Made by a program: the position numbers and the translations under genes
The notes under the pieces: generated by a model
Seen by the model: only the letters and a program-made list of their open reading frames with translations
What the model was told of the DNA's origin: nothing
Databases searched by the model: none
IMG/VR virus record: IMGVR_UViG_3300028888_005256
Source: a virus
Taxonomy: Duplodnaviria > Heunggongvirae > Uroviricota > Caudoviricetes
Strand: one strand, 5' to 3'
DNA: 64,000 bases
Shown: positions 47,267 to 56,479 of the stretch, in pieces
Layout of the letters: the number at the start of each line of letters is the position of its first letter
Position numbering within the stretch: the first letter of the stretch is position 1

Positions 47267-47584
47267 TTAAATGTCTACATCAAATTCTTTTGCCAAGATG
47301 TCAGACTCAATCTTTCCGCATGGCGTTGTTCGCATTTCATAAAGGACTGATTTGTAGACTTTCTTCTCAAAGAGCTTGCGAGTTCTTTCAAGTTCTCTTA
47401 AATGAAAGATGAGTCCATCAATAGTTCTGTGAAGCCAATAGAATTCTATAGCTGTAGCAGGTATGAGCGCTAGAAAAATAAGATAATTGAAAGTGTACGC
47501 AAGAACTGATACTGCTATAACGGTAATTGTATAGATTGCAATAGTCAAAATTACATATCTAGCTAATCGAATCTGGTCTTTCAT
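47267..47584 (-). CDS. two-TM membrane protein
   Basis: hydrophobic N-terminal half. Confidence 0.55.
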   Translation of the reverse strand: MKDQIRLARYVILTIAIYTITVIAVSVLAYTFNYLIFLALIPATAIEFYWLHRTIDGLIFHLRELERTRKLFEKKVYKSVLYEMRTTPCGKIESDILAKEFDVDI

Positions 47585-47601
47585 TCGGAATTCCTCAAAA
47601 A

Positions 47602-47632
47602 ATAAGGGCTCTAAACGAGCCCTTTTTATTTT
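47602..47632. terminator. intrinsic terminator
   Basis: AAGGGCTC-taaac-GAGCCCTT with A-run and T-run. Confidence 0.75.
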
Positions 47633-47651
47633 GCAATAAATATTTGTAAAA

Positions 47652-48203
47652 TTACTCTTTTACAATTCCAACTTGACAGCTTGCCATTACATCAAGTGCA
47701 TGCTCATGCTTCTCAGGAGTAAGTCCAGCACAAAGATTTGCAAGAACAGAAACTTTTACTTCAGGGAAAGCTGCTTTAAGAATAAGAGCATTTGAGATAA
47801 CACAAATGTCTGTACATGTACCACAAATTTCAATTTCAGCAGGGACACCAACTTTCAAGAACTCAAGAACAGTCTGAGGCAATGCCATTGAGCCAAATGT
47901 GTTCTTAACGTGATCCTTAAGGCGAGGATAGCCCTTGATAGCAGTCTCAATTTCTTCAACAAGACGCCATCCATCAGACTGGAAGATACAATGCTCTACA
48001 GGGAGATTCTCGCCTTCCTGAGTTTCAAGATAGCCCTGCGTATGAGAATCAAGAGTGCAAACAATAGGATAGCCCTTTTCTTTGTAGTCTTCGATCTTCT
48101 TTACAATGCCTGGTACAATTTTTTCTGCATCTTTATTTGCTAAGCTGCCTGTTACAAAATCTTTCTGCATGTCGACAACGACAAGAATTTTAGACTTCAT
48201 CAT
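47652..48203 (-). CDS. pncA: nicotinamidase / isochorismatase-family cysteine hydrolase
   Basis: VVVDMQKDF, DSH, EHC, KNTFGS, GTCTDICV. Confidence 0.85.
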   Translation of the reverse strand: MMKSKILVVVDMQKDFVTGSLANKDAEKIVPGIVKKIEDYKEKGYPIVCTLDSHTQGYLETQEGENLPVEHCIFQSDGWRLVEEIETAIKGYPRLKDHVKNTFGSMALPQTVLEFLKVGVPAEIEICGTCTDICVISNALILKAAFPEVKVSVLANLCAGLTPEKHEHALDVMASCQVGIVKE

Positions 48204-48218
48204 ATAAAATATTCTCCT

Positions 48219-48836
48219 TTATTCTTCATATAGCTCTTTCTTAGAAGATGTCAATTCTGCAATTGAGTTCCTTGAAAGCTGACCAAGATTGAATCCGTAG
48301 TTATTCCACAAATCAATTGATTTCTGCAAGAAGCTTCTTTTTGACTCTGCAAGATTTACAGCTGTATGGAGAGCTGAGTATTCTTTCCTGTACTTAACTC
48401 TTACAAGACGCTCAATCTCATCTTTTGAAAGCCACTTGTTCTTTGCTTTGTCGTCAGTGTTTACTTCTCTTGCGACTTCTACGTACTTCACATCCATCCA
48501 ATCCTGGAGGACATCTGTTGCATCTTGCTTGTCCCATCTGTTCTGCTCGTAAAGAGCTACAAGAGCAAGCATGATTTTTGCATGAGAAGAAAGTGCATAA
48601 TTTAACTTATCAAGAGTTGGCGCAGCAGAACCGTCAAACAAAAGTTTCTGATCCATTTTTTGAATCTGGTCAGTAACAAATGCAATAAACACTTTCTCTG
48701 CCTTTTCCATGTCCTGCTTTACAGGAGACTCTGACAAAATCACATCTGCAGCTTCAAGAGCACTTTTCTCTGAAGGCTTCTTTTCCTCGACTTTTTCGAG
48801 GAATTCATTATCATCTGTTGTCTGAATTTGTCTCAT
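48219..48836 (-). CDS. helical protein, possibly UvsY-like recombination mediator
   Basis: KDEIERLV...SKRSFLQKSI....GFNLGQL loosely resembles the UvsY C-terminus. Confidence 0.35.
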   Translation of the reverse strand: MRQIQTTDDNEFLEKVEEKKPSEKSALEAADVILSESPVKQDMEKAEKVFIAFVTDQIQKMDQKLLFDGSAAPTLDKLNYALSSHAKIMLALVALYEQNRWDKQDATDVLQDWMDVKYVEVAREVNTDDKAKNKWLSKDEIERLVRVKYRKEYSALHTAVNLAESKRSFLQKSIDLWNNYGFNLGQLSRNSIAELTSSKKELYEE

Positions 48837-48852
48837 AAGAGAATATTAACAT

Positions 48853-49749
48853 TTATCTGTATGAATCTATGATAGACTTGATTTTTTTGAATGCGGTTTC
48901 CCAGCTTATGTCTTGCTTTATTGGCTTGAAGTCTTCTTTAAGCAAATCGTCTAGACAAACTGTATCATTTACATCATAAACATTATCATAGTCTTTGGAT
49001 GCAGGACAATTGCTCTGAAGAACTGGCAAATGTGCGTCTAAATATTGAAGTAGTTTTAATGGCAATTGTCCGTCTGTGTATTCCGACTTTACAAACGGAA
49101 CTAAGCCTACATGACATTTCTTTAGCTCATCATATATGAGCTTTTGATCCATGAACTCACAAAGCTCTATATTAGAATCTTTTAGAGGAAATTCTTCTAT
49201 CTCGTTGAGACCGATAAGTTTGATAGACCAATCTGGGTTTGCAACAGCAATTTTATGCAGCACATCAAGATCAATTTTGCCTACTTGACCAATATAAACA
49301 GCTGTTTTCTTGCTGTACTTCTCTGAAAGAACGAAATCATGAATCTCGCAGCCATTCGGAATAAAGAAAGAGTTTTTATTTAATGAGATTGCGTCTTCAT
49401 ATAAGACTTTTGCACTACAAGTAACTGCGTCTGCAATCTTCATAGTAGGAACATCAAAATCTTTCGTTGACAGCTCACTATAATTCCATCTGTCTGTTCT
49501 GTCATAAATAATTGAGCAATTATGTTTTTTAAGAAATTCTAAAAAGAATGGTGAAAAAGAGGGCCTAGACAGAAGCACTACAGCATCTTTTAAGTATTCT
49601 AGCAAAGACAAAGCATTTGCTTCTGTATGAATCTCTGCAAAAATGTAATCTTCGCTAGAGTACCTCTGCTCTAAAAACTTCTTAAGTCTAGCTCTACGAT
49701 AGTAGTCTTGCCCAGTCACTTTCTCTGCGAAATGAAGCACTTTTTTCAA
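48853..49749 (-). CDS. GT-B glycosyltransferase (GT4-like)
   Basis: IIYDRTD, ADAVTCSAKVL, IPNGC, VYIG, VGLVPF...PLKLLQYL..LPVL. Confidence 0.85.
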   Translation of the reverse strand: MKKVLHFAEKVTGQDYYRRARLKKFLEQRYSSEDYIFAEIHTEANALSLLEYLKDAVVLLSRPSFSPFFLEFLKKHNCSIIYDRTDRWNYSELSTKDFDVPTMKIADAVTCSAKVLYEDAISLNKNSFFIPNGCEIHDFVLSEKYSKKTAVYIGQVGKIDLDVLHKIAVANPDWSIKLIGLNEIEEFPLKDSNIELCEFMDQKLIYDELKKCHVGLVPFVKSEYTDGQLPLKLLQYLDAHLPVLQSNCPASKDYDNVYDVNDTVCLDDLLKEDFKPIKQDISWETAFKKIKSIIDSYR

Positions 49750-50234
49750 AATACTGTCTCTTTCGTAATAATGCTTGTATTGAACGGAAGAGGACCAGTT
49801 GGATCGATCTCCTCTACTTCAGCAGACTGGAAAAGTGCTTTTAAAAGCTCAATTTGGTCTTTATCCATTGAGCCTTTGTCTATAAGAATTTTTTTCAAAT
49901 TTTTAAGTTTTGGAACTTGGTCAAAGGGGAATGATGACAGATTGTCTACATAAATCCAGCTTTCTTCAGTATTGATCTCTTCTACAGTGGGCCATCTATC
50001 AGCTAAAATATGTTCACCACAGAATAGCACAGCCGGAACATCAGACAAGTCGGAAACTATGAATTTTGCAAGTACTTGTTTTCCTGCATAATAAGACTTA
50101 ATGTAATTTCTCAAGTCTAATGGCATCTCTTCGTCACTTATGAAAGTGATAGAGTCACCAGACGAGAAAAACTCAATAGCGGGTAATACAAAAACATCAC
50201 CCTTCAAGAATGTTTTATATAAAGAATTAGCCAA
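49746..50234 (-). CDS. hypothetical protein in the radical SAM operon
   Basis: 162 aa; 4-bp overlap with the glycosyltransferase start. Confidence 0.65.
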   Translation of the reverse strand: MANSLYKTFLKGDVFVLPAIEFFSSGDSITFISDEEMPLDLRNYIKSYYAGKQVLAKFIVSDLSDVPAVLFCGEHILADRWPTVEEINTEESWIYVDNLSSFPFDQVPKLKNLKKILIDKGSMDKDQIELLKALFQSAEVEEIDPTGPLPFNTSIITKETVF

Positions 50235-50248
50235 AGTTTCTCTCCATT

Positions 50249-52192
50249 TTAGCCAAGAGGATTATAGAATCTATTACAGTCTGTATGCTTGTAGTAACAA
50301 TTTTTGTAAAGAGTCTTGCATTCAGAGTATACATTAATGCATTCAGCGTATTTTCTCCAGCATTCTGTTGTGTAGTCTTTTCTGTAGCATTCAGTATAGA
50401 AATTTATGCACTCTTTATAATAGTACGTACAGTTGCCGTAATACTGAAGATGAATACAATTAGCATACTTCACATGCGTATAGCATTCAGGGTACACCAT
50501 GTAGCAGTCAGAGTATACTGTATTTTCTCTCCAGACATAATGATTCCTGTTAAGATATCCTTGACTAAGTCCAGCACCTGTGGTCTTAGTAGAACAGTTA
50601 CAGTTGCAGTCATAGTCTGAGCAGTCAACGAAACATGCCCAATAACAATCACGTGATGCGACAGATCTGCCGCTCCAATGTGTACCAAAAGTAGCAACAT
50701 TGCTTGTTTGACAATGATAGGGTGTGCCTCTCGAAACAACAGGACAGTCAGTCTCTAAGAGCGAGCCCCACAGATTCCCACTCCATGAAGCATAACTAGT
50801 TTGCTGCGGTGTGGTGTACTCGATCCAGTCATTAGTACTGCCGTATGCCTTTGAATAAGCTTCTCTGTAATGATACTGATCAGAGCTCAAAAAACTAGAT
50901 GCTACTGTATTGTACTTTTGCTTATAAGTTGTTTTAGGGTCAGACCAAAATGCATAAGAATTATATTTTGTGGGAGAAAGATTATTTGCAGAGAGACTCA
51001 GATCTTGCGTATAGCCCGTAGCCTTATAGACTACAGAGCCAGTTTTGTCTATGTCATTTCTTGCGCTCACACAGTCAGTACAGTCATAAGTGTTTGTAGC
51101 TCTTGTTGTTCGATTTGAGAGCATTGTATCAGCTTCAGCTGAGCCAAATGTGTTGTTTAACTCAGATTTTGTAGAAAATGCTTTAGTACTGTTTCCATTC
51201 TTCCAATAGGCAGCAGAACATTCTTGATGCTGTGAATTTGTCACTTCATCAGATATTTTATATGATGTTGTGTTAGAGCCAGCTCTGTAAAAATGACCCA
51301 TGTCTGCAGTAGTCAGACCTGTTCCTGCAGAATTGAAGTCTGTAGACCTTGCTGCGTAATACTTTACGTATTTGTAGTCGCCTGAGCCAGAAGCTGGAAC
51401 ATCTGCTGCTTGTGAAATAGTTGGATTCGGCGGATTTCCCCATTCAGGTGCTTTGTCTTCATTGTACTTTTTAGTAGGTATAAGACTATTATCAATAGCT
51501 GGATAATTTTTATAAAGTCTACCACTGGAAATATTTGAACTAACAGAGCTTCCATTTTTCAATGTTATGTTTGTAGGACCGTTTCCGTCTAATTCAAGTC
51601 CGCCATCTGCTGTGTTTTTCCAGAAGGGCATTGACTCATAGTCACCTTTATTATCATTCGCAGTGTCAAAGTTTTGCACATACGCATTGTTTACTTTTAT
51701 TGCAGTGCAGTCGCCTTGTCTTTTCTCAACATGTCCTGCAGAATCTTCAGATGAGTAAGATGGCCTTATAGCAGTACACACCTTATCACCACCAGCAGTA
51801 CAGTCACAATCGAAGTCTTTAGAGGAGTACATAGACTGGTCTAGTCTATAAATTGTGCCTGATGGTACAGTAACTCCATTCTGCAATACTGCGTTTTGAG
51901 CTTTGAGTTTATTGTACGGCAACACTGTTACTGAAGATTGTGTCTTTGGGAAATTGCTATTTCCTGCATCAGCAGAGTTCATTTTCAGAGTAGTCTTGCC
52001 ATCTTTAAGAAGACGAGCATATAATGTGTGTTTCACATTGCTGTCATCTACGTACTCGACTTTAAGGTACTTACCGCCCTCACTTTTTACATCATCTGTA
52101 GAAGTCCAGAGCGGCACAATTACTGTCTCACCAGTCGCAGTACCACTATCATTCAAGACTTTAAGTATTAAATTTTTGCTGTATCTGCTCAT
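50249..52192 (-). CDS. 647-aa Ser/Thr/Tyr/Cys-rich protein with C-terminal periodic Cys repeats; candidate radical SAM substrate
   Basis: 4-bp ATGA overlap with the rSAM gene; CxC clusters; 11 (Y/H)x(D/E/N)C units at the C-terminus. Confidence 0.8.
   Translation of the reverse strand: MSRYSKNLILKVLNDSGTATGETVIVPLWTSTDDVKSEGGKYLKVEYVDDSNVKHTLYARLLKDGKTTLKMNSADAGNSNFPKTQSSVTVLPYNKLKAQNAVLQNGVTVPSGTIYRLDQSMYSSKDFDCDCTAGGDKVCTAIRPSYSSEDSAGHVEKRQGDCTAIKVNNAYVQNFDTANDNKGDYESMPFWKNTADGGLELDGNGPTNITLKNGSSVSSNISSGRLYKNYPAIDNSLIPTKKYNEDKAPEWGNPPNPTISQAADVPASGSGDYKYVKYYAARSTDFNSAGTGLTTADMGHFYRAGSNTTSYKISDEVTNSQHQECSAAYWKNGNSTKAFSTKSELNNTFGSAEADTMLSNRTTRATNTYDCTDCVSARNDIDKTGSVVYKATGYTQDLSLSANNLSPTKYNSYAFWSDPKTTYKQKYNTVASSFLSSDQYHYREAYSKAYGSTNDWIEYTTPQQTSYASWSGNLWGSLLETDCPVVSRGTPYHCQTSNVATFGTHWSGRSVASRDCYWACFVDCSDYDCNCNCSTKTTGAGLSQGYLNRNHYVWRENTVYSDCYMVYPECYTHVKYANCIHLQYYGNCTYYYKECINFYTECYRKDYTTECWRKYAECINVYSECKTLYKNCYYKHTDCNRFYNPLG
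50252..50515 (-). repeat. protein-level tandem repeat, Cys every 7 or 9 residues
   Basis: YSDC YPEC YANC YGNC YKEC YTEC YTTEC YAEC YSEC YKNC HTDC. Confidence 0.9.
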
Positions 52193-53379
52193 TTGTCCTC
52201 AGTAGCTGAACAGTCACACTCCTCAATAGTAACGTCTTTCTCTGTAAGAACATTTTCTGGTCTGGCTGGTGCAGGCTCTATAGGAGAGGCGCCCATTGAA
52301 GCAGCAATGAGGTCTGTTCTGTGTCTGTCAAACTCAATATATTCTTTCATATAAGTATAAAAGTTTATATAGTTAGTACAGTTGGCTCTTCTCTGGTCAT
52401 CTGTAAGGACAGCACAAATACCACCACACATATTTTTTACAGGACAAGTATCGCATTCTGGAAGCAGTTTGAAATTCTCTTTTTTCATGAGCTCTGCGTA
52501 GGTCTCAGAGTCTACTACACTTCGTCTTTCACAATCTTGAACACATCTGTATTCTTTTCCTGAAAGGCCGACAGTCAATGACTCAAATGTTGCGCAGGGA
52601 TACTCAGCTTTATCACCAAATAGAAGATAATTGAGAGCTCTGTCTTGGTCTGTAGAGAACATAAAACGAACTTTTGGCCTATGCAATCTGTCAGTAACGC
52701 TATCTGCCATCTGTCCAAAAGTGTAATCAAGGAACTCATTGTGCTTATTGATGTCTGGCATAAAGTCTTTTGTCCATTCATCAGTCTCTCTAAAGATGGA
52801 CCAAGAAACTTCTACTGGGAACTCAATGACATTATCTGCGACATTTGTCCAGTAGTCTATCTGCTTATCAAGATCGCAGCTTTCAGAAGTAAGGACAATG
52901 TGGAAAGAGCCAAAACAGTCATTAAGCTTTAAGAGCTTGATTGCTTCAACCTGCTCTGAGTTCGCAATCAAAAAATCTTTGCCACGAAGTGACTGACCTG
53001 AGCCATCATGAGAGATATTTACGCTTACTTTATGCTTTATGAAAAACTTCGCTTTCTCTTTTGTAAGAAGAGATCCATTTGTAATAAGAATAAGATGCGC
53101 ATACGGAAATTTCGCTCTTGCATACTCTACAACTTTTTGAAGAGTTTCATAGTTTGCAAGGGGCTCACCGCCCCAGAACTTGATGCCGCCTGCATAGTCT
53201 GGTGCTACACGTCTAAGAGCTTTGTCAAGAATATCTGGATTAAAGTCGGCTACTTTTCCAGTATGTCCATTGTGACCATCAATGTAACCGCCGAAGCAGT
53301 ACTTGCATTTCATATTACAGATTGCATTTTCCATGCAAATCTCAATTATAGAAGGGTATCTTTTAAAATCTCTGTTCAT
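52189..53379 (-). CDS. radical SAM enzyme with SPASM domain (anSME/peptide-maturase-like)
   Basis: CNMKCKYC (CxxxCxxC), FWGGEPL, ITNG, ISHDG; auxiliary C...GKEYRC and CDTCPVKNMCGGIC...C. Confidence 0.92.
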   Translation of the reverse strand: MNRDFKRYPSIIEICMENAICNMKCKYCFGGYIDGHNGHTGKVADFNPDILDKALRRVAPDYAGGIKFWGGEPLANYETLQKVVEYARAKFPYAHLILITNGSLLTKEKAKFFIKHKVSVNISHDGSGQSLRGKDFLIANSEQVEAIKLLKLNDCFGSFHIVLTSESCDLDKQIDYWTNVADNVIEFPVEVSWSIFRETDEWTKDFMPDINKHNEFLDYTFGQMADSVTDRLHRPKVRFMFSTDQDRALNYLLFGDKAEYPCATFESLTVGLSGKEYRCVQDCERRSVVDSETYAELMKKENFKLLPECDTCPVKNMCGGICAVLTDDQRRANCTNYINFYTYMKEYIEFDRHRTDLIAASMGASPIEPAPARPENVLTEKDVTIEECDCSATEDK

Positions 53380-53398
53380 TAATAAATATTAACAGAGC

Positions 53399-53428
53399 AA
53401 AAAAAGCTGCAGAAAAACTGCAGCTCAT
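53399..53428 (-). terminator. intrinsic terminator between 53450-54061 and the rSAM operon
   Basis: AGCTGCAG-aaaaa-CTGCAGCT with A-run on its left. Confidence 0.75.
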
Positions 53429-53449
53429 TAAAGTCTTTTAAATCAAAAA

Positions 53450-54061
53450 TTATGACGAAGTAAATACTATAGAGCCTACAGCAAGCTGACCCTTGACTGT
53501 CAAGTTACCATCAAAGACCGAAGGACTACCTGAGTTTTCTACCACAAGTTGTCCTTGCATAGTTGTTTTGCATGTCTTTGCTGTAGAGCCTTTAGTAACC
53601 TGAAGTGCATAGCTACTGCTTGAGCCTATTTGACCTGCTTTAAAAGTCTCATTTACTGCAAGAGGTGCAGACATTGTTTGCGTAACTTGTTGACCGGAGC
53701 TATTTACCTCTGATTTCTTAACAGAATTGCTTGCAGTGCTTGTTAATGACTTCATAGTAGAAGTCAAGGTTGACTCAACTTTTCTAAGTCTTGCATCATT
53801 TGTAATCTCAGTAAGAGTTGCTAGGTTGTTATTGACAGAGACTTTGAACATTCCATGATTTACAATTCCGATAACTTCGCCTTCTACAAAACCGTTTGTG
53901 TTTGCAGTAACAGATTGTTCAGTTATAGATGATACTAAGCCAGTTGTCGTATCTGTCGTAACTTTAAAAAACGAATCATATGCATTTTCATTAAAAATTC
54001 TTATTTGTAATGCACTGACTTCTTCAAGCTCAGTAGCGTTTTTCTTTCTATACAATACCAT
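53450..54061 (-). CDS. Ser/Thr/Val-rich beta-strand protein, fibre-like
   Basis: 203 aa, GNLTVKG-type C-terminal strands; ACTAATTTT upstream. Confidence 0.55.
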   Translation of the reverse strand: MVLYRKKNATELEEVSALQIRIFNENAYDSFFKVTTDTTTGLVSSITEQSVTANTNGFVEGEVIGIVNHGMFKVSVNNNLATLTEITNDARLRKVESTLTSTMKSLTSTASNSVKKSEVNSSGQQVTQTMSAPLAVNETFKAGQIGSSSSYALQVTKGSTAKTCKTTMQGQLVVENSGSPSVFDGNLTVKGQLAVGSIVFTSS

Positions 54062-54115
54062 GAAAAATTAGTATATGCTTACTAATTTTTTAACTTACTA
54101 AAAAGAAGGTTATCT

Positions 54116-54706
54116 ATGGAAAATTTAGACTACACATCTGCAGTAGAAGAAACAAAGGACCTCTTCAATCCTTTTAATTCTGCAGAAGACACAGTGCAGA
54201 GCAATGATATTTCAGAATATATTGATGCGCTAAAGGAGAAAGTTCAGACAAGTGATTACTCTTTTGAAAGAGTTGACAATGAGACTGCTAATATCAGAAA
54301 TGAATCATCTGAGAAAATTGCATCTTTCAGAACTCACTCAGACGGAACAATTTCATTCTTTGATGAGAATGGTCAGCCAACATTTGAGTATGACACTGTA
54401 GATGATGACTTCGACACAATTGTACAGTCTATAGCTGATCTTGTTCAGAAGACTGTAAACATCAGACATGAAGAAGACACTAGTGCTGAAGACTTCTTGC
54501 CTGAAGGCGGCGTAGAAGTTCTTGATGAGGCAACAAATCTCCTTGAAAAGACTCTTTCTAAGTTGAATGAGATAAGAAACTTTAATGAGCTCCATTTGAA
54601 TGAAGGTGCTACAAAAGAAGAGTCTGATAGAATGCTTGAGGACAAACTCACATACGCTTCTAAGTTGTGGAGAGAAGCTTGCGCAAAGCTTAACGGAATT
54701 TTGTAA
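54116..54706 (+). CDS. hypothetical acidic protein
   Basis: 196 aa; GAAGG RBS, ACTAA motifs upstream. Confidence 0.65.
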   Translation: MENLDYTSAVEETKDLFNPFNSAEDTVQSNDISEYIDALKEKVQTSDYSFERVDNETANIRNESSEKIASFRTHSDGTISFFDENGQPTFEYDTVDDDFDTIVQSIADLVQKTVNIRHEEDTSAEDFLPEGGVEVLDEATNLLEKTLSKLNEIRNFNELHLNEGATKEESDRMLEDKLTYASKLWREACAKLNGIL

Positions 54707-54719
54707 TTTCTAATTCTTT

Positions 54720-54757
54720 AAAAAAAAAATAGCCACTCATTACGAGTGGCTTTTATT
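54720..54757. terminator. bidirectional intrinsic terminator
   Basis: AGCCACTC-attac-GAGTGGCT with A-run and T-run. Confidence 0.8.
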
Positions 54758-54785
54758 TTGTAATTTTGGTTTTTAATGAATCAGC

Positions 54786-55178
54786 TTAATCACTGAGAGC
54801 AACTTTTCCGCCTTTAATATTTCCAGCAACCTGAGCTGTTTTAATAAGGTCTGTCAAATCGTGCTCAAACTCTTCAATTGTATGGCTTTCCCAGTAACTG
54901 TCTTCACCAGCAAGAACTGAGCTCAAGAAGATGGTTGTTCCTGGCTCAGTCTCAACGTATCCTCTGTACAATGTTGCAATAATATCATCAGCATACTCTG
55001 AACCATCAAGACCAACCTGGAATATGGCGCTCGGACCACTGCCATGTGTAGGAAAATACTTAATGTCGCGTATTGTGATTCCGAAGTCGCTTTCAAGGAC
55101 GTCTCTAAGACATTCCTCTATCTTTACTTCATCAATACGATCAGTCTCTTTATTTTGACGCATTTCATTCAATGTCAT
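54786..55178 (-). CDS. hypothetical protein
   Basis: 130-aa ORF in operon. Confidence 0.6.
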   Translation of the reverse strand: MTLNEMRQNKETDRIDEVKIEECLRDVLESDFGITIRDIKYFPTHGSGPSAIFQVGLDGSEYADDIIATLYRGYVETEPGTTIFLSSVLAGEDSYWESHTIEEFEHDLTDLIKTAQVAGNIKGGKVALSD

Positions 55179-55196
55179 AGTTATGCTCTCTTAATC

Positions 55197-55442
55197 TTAG
55201 TCGAGTCTCTTAAGAGCGCTTTCTGCAATATCTTTTGCCTGGCTTTCTGCAATTCTTCCAAATTTGCGTTCTGCCCAAGCAAGACCTGCATCTTCTGATT
55301 CTTGGATTGCACTTGAAATGCCGTTTGCACCCCAAAGATGCTGTCCAGTCTTTCCAGTTCTCTCAAGTGAACCTGTTGAAGAAGCACCTGCGATAAACAT
55401 TGCCTCTCTCAAAGATTTGTTCTCTTTTTCATCTGCTTTCAT
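55197..55442 (-). CDS. hypothetical protein
   Basis: 81 aa with AAGGAG RBS. Confidence 0.6.
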   Translation of the reverse strand: MKADEKENKSLREAMFIAGASSTGSLERTGKTGQHLWGANGISSAIQESEDAGLAWAERKFGRIAESQAKDIAESALKRLD

Positions 55443-55455
55443 CTTATAATTCTCC

Positions 55456-56310
55456 TTAGTTATCGATAGCTCTCATTGAAGAGCGACCATCTACTGGTGT
55501 GCTTTCAGTATCTTTCATGCTGAAGGAAATTCCAGAATTTCTTGCAATTGACATCCAGTTTCCCGGCTGAACTGAGCTTGAGACTGAAGTTGGATTGCTG
55601 TCAAAGTCATCAAAATCATCTTCATTCTGGAAAGAAGACTCAAACTCTTCAGTGCCAAATTCATCTTCATCAAATGAAGGTTCTTCATCATATAAATCGC
55701 CTTGTGAAGCAATTTCATCTGGATCGTAATAAGTGTTTCCGTCTGAGACTTCATCACCAATATCATAGTTTGTCATGTCTTCATTATGACTTATTGCGTC
55801 CCATGAAGATGGATCATATCCAGCATCGCCTTCTTTAAGATGTCTCTTTCCGAAAGAGTCTTTATACCAAGACTTAAGCTCTTCTCTTTCAAGGTCTTCT
55901 CTGTAAACAGGTCTTGAGTTCTCCTGCATTGGCTCTCTTGCTGCAATTGCTGAGCGTGGCCCATTAGACAAATCTGGTTGTGTAGAGGGTGCTGGTGCTG
56001 GAGCTGCTACACCATTCTGTCTCTGTGTAGCCATCTTAGCTCTTTCTACAGCTGAGACTCTTCCTACTTGAGAAGGTGGGATATTTGATACGAAATCTGC
56101 AATTGCCTGCAAAGAATTCTCGCCTTCGATAAATGACCAAAGCTGTTCTGAGATATAGTTGATTTTTGTAGGGACCTGCTGTCCAATGATATTTCCGCGT
56201 CCTATATCGTCAGCTATACGGTTGGCGTCTTCAAGATCATCTACAATCTTAGCAAGGTCGTAGCTAATTGAATTAAGCTTGTCTGCCAAATCCTGTTGTG
56301 TTGCTGCCAT
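55456..56310 (-). CDS. hypothetical protein, helical N-terminus, Pro/Ala linker, acidic tail
   Basis: 284 aa, AGGAG RBS, ACTAATTTT upstream. Confidence 0.65.
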   Translation of the reverse strand: MAATQQDLADKLNSISYDLAKIVDDLEDANRIADDIGRGNIIGQQVPTKINYISEQLWSFIEGENSLQAIADFVSNIPPSQVGRVSAVERAKMATQRQNGVAAPAPAPSTQPDLSNGPRSAIAAREPMQENSRPVYREDLEREELKSWYKDSFGKRHLKEGDAGYDPSSWDAISHNEDMTNYDIGDEVSDGNTYYDPDEIASQGDLYDEEPSFDEDEFGTEEFESSFQNEDDFDDFDSNPTSVSSSVQPGNWMSIARNSGISFSMKDTESTPVDGRSSMRAIDN

Positions 56311-56377
56311 GAAGAATATTCTCCTATAGTTAAAAAGTATACTTTAAAAATTAGTATTACAAGACAAAAAGACATCT

Positions 56378-56459
56378 AAAAATTTAAAATTAATAATTAA
56401 TAGCACGCCAGTCCAACCAATTAATGCGAGTCGTCTCCATTAATAGTTGACGAATTCGT
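56378..56459 (+). repeat. dispersed bipartite element copy E7 (core 56437-56458)
   Basis: AATTAATAATTAATAGC...GTCGTCTCCATTAATAGTTGACGAATTCGT. Confidence 0.9.
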
Positions 56460-56479
56460 TTTCAGTTAATATAGATTTT

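Noticed and set aside
52189-53379. Radical SAM gene as the NrdD activase (NrdG)
   Set aside because: It has a full SPASM cysteine set and maturase-like length, and is coupled to the Cys-rich gene, not to nrdD
25171-53428. Repeated hairpins (AAGGGTGC...GCACCCTT at 25171 and 37151; AGCTGCAG/A...TGCAGCT at 29685 and 53405) as mobile repeats
   Set aside because: Position after stop codons and A/T tails are fully explained by intrinsic terminators
56447-56479. TTG start for the RNA ligase
   Set aside because: The TTG is part of the element core; ATG 56480 follows a GTTAATA motif like other genes
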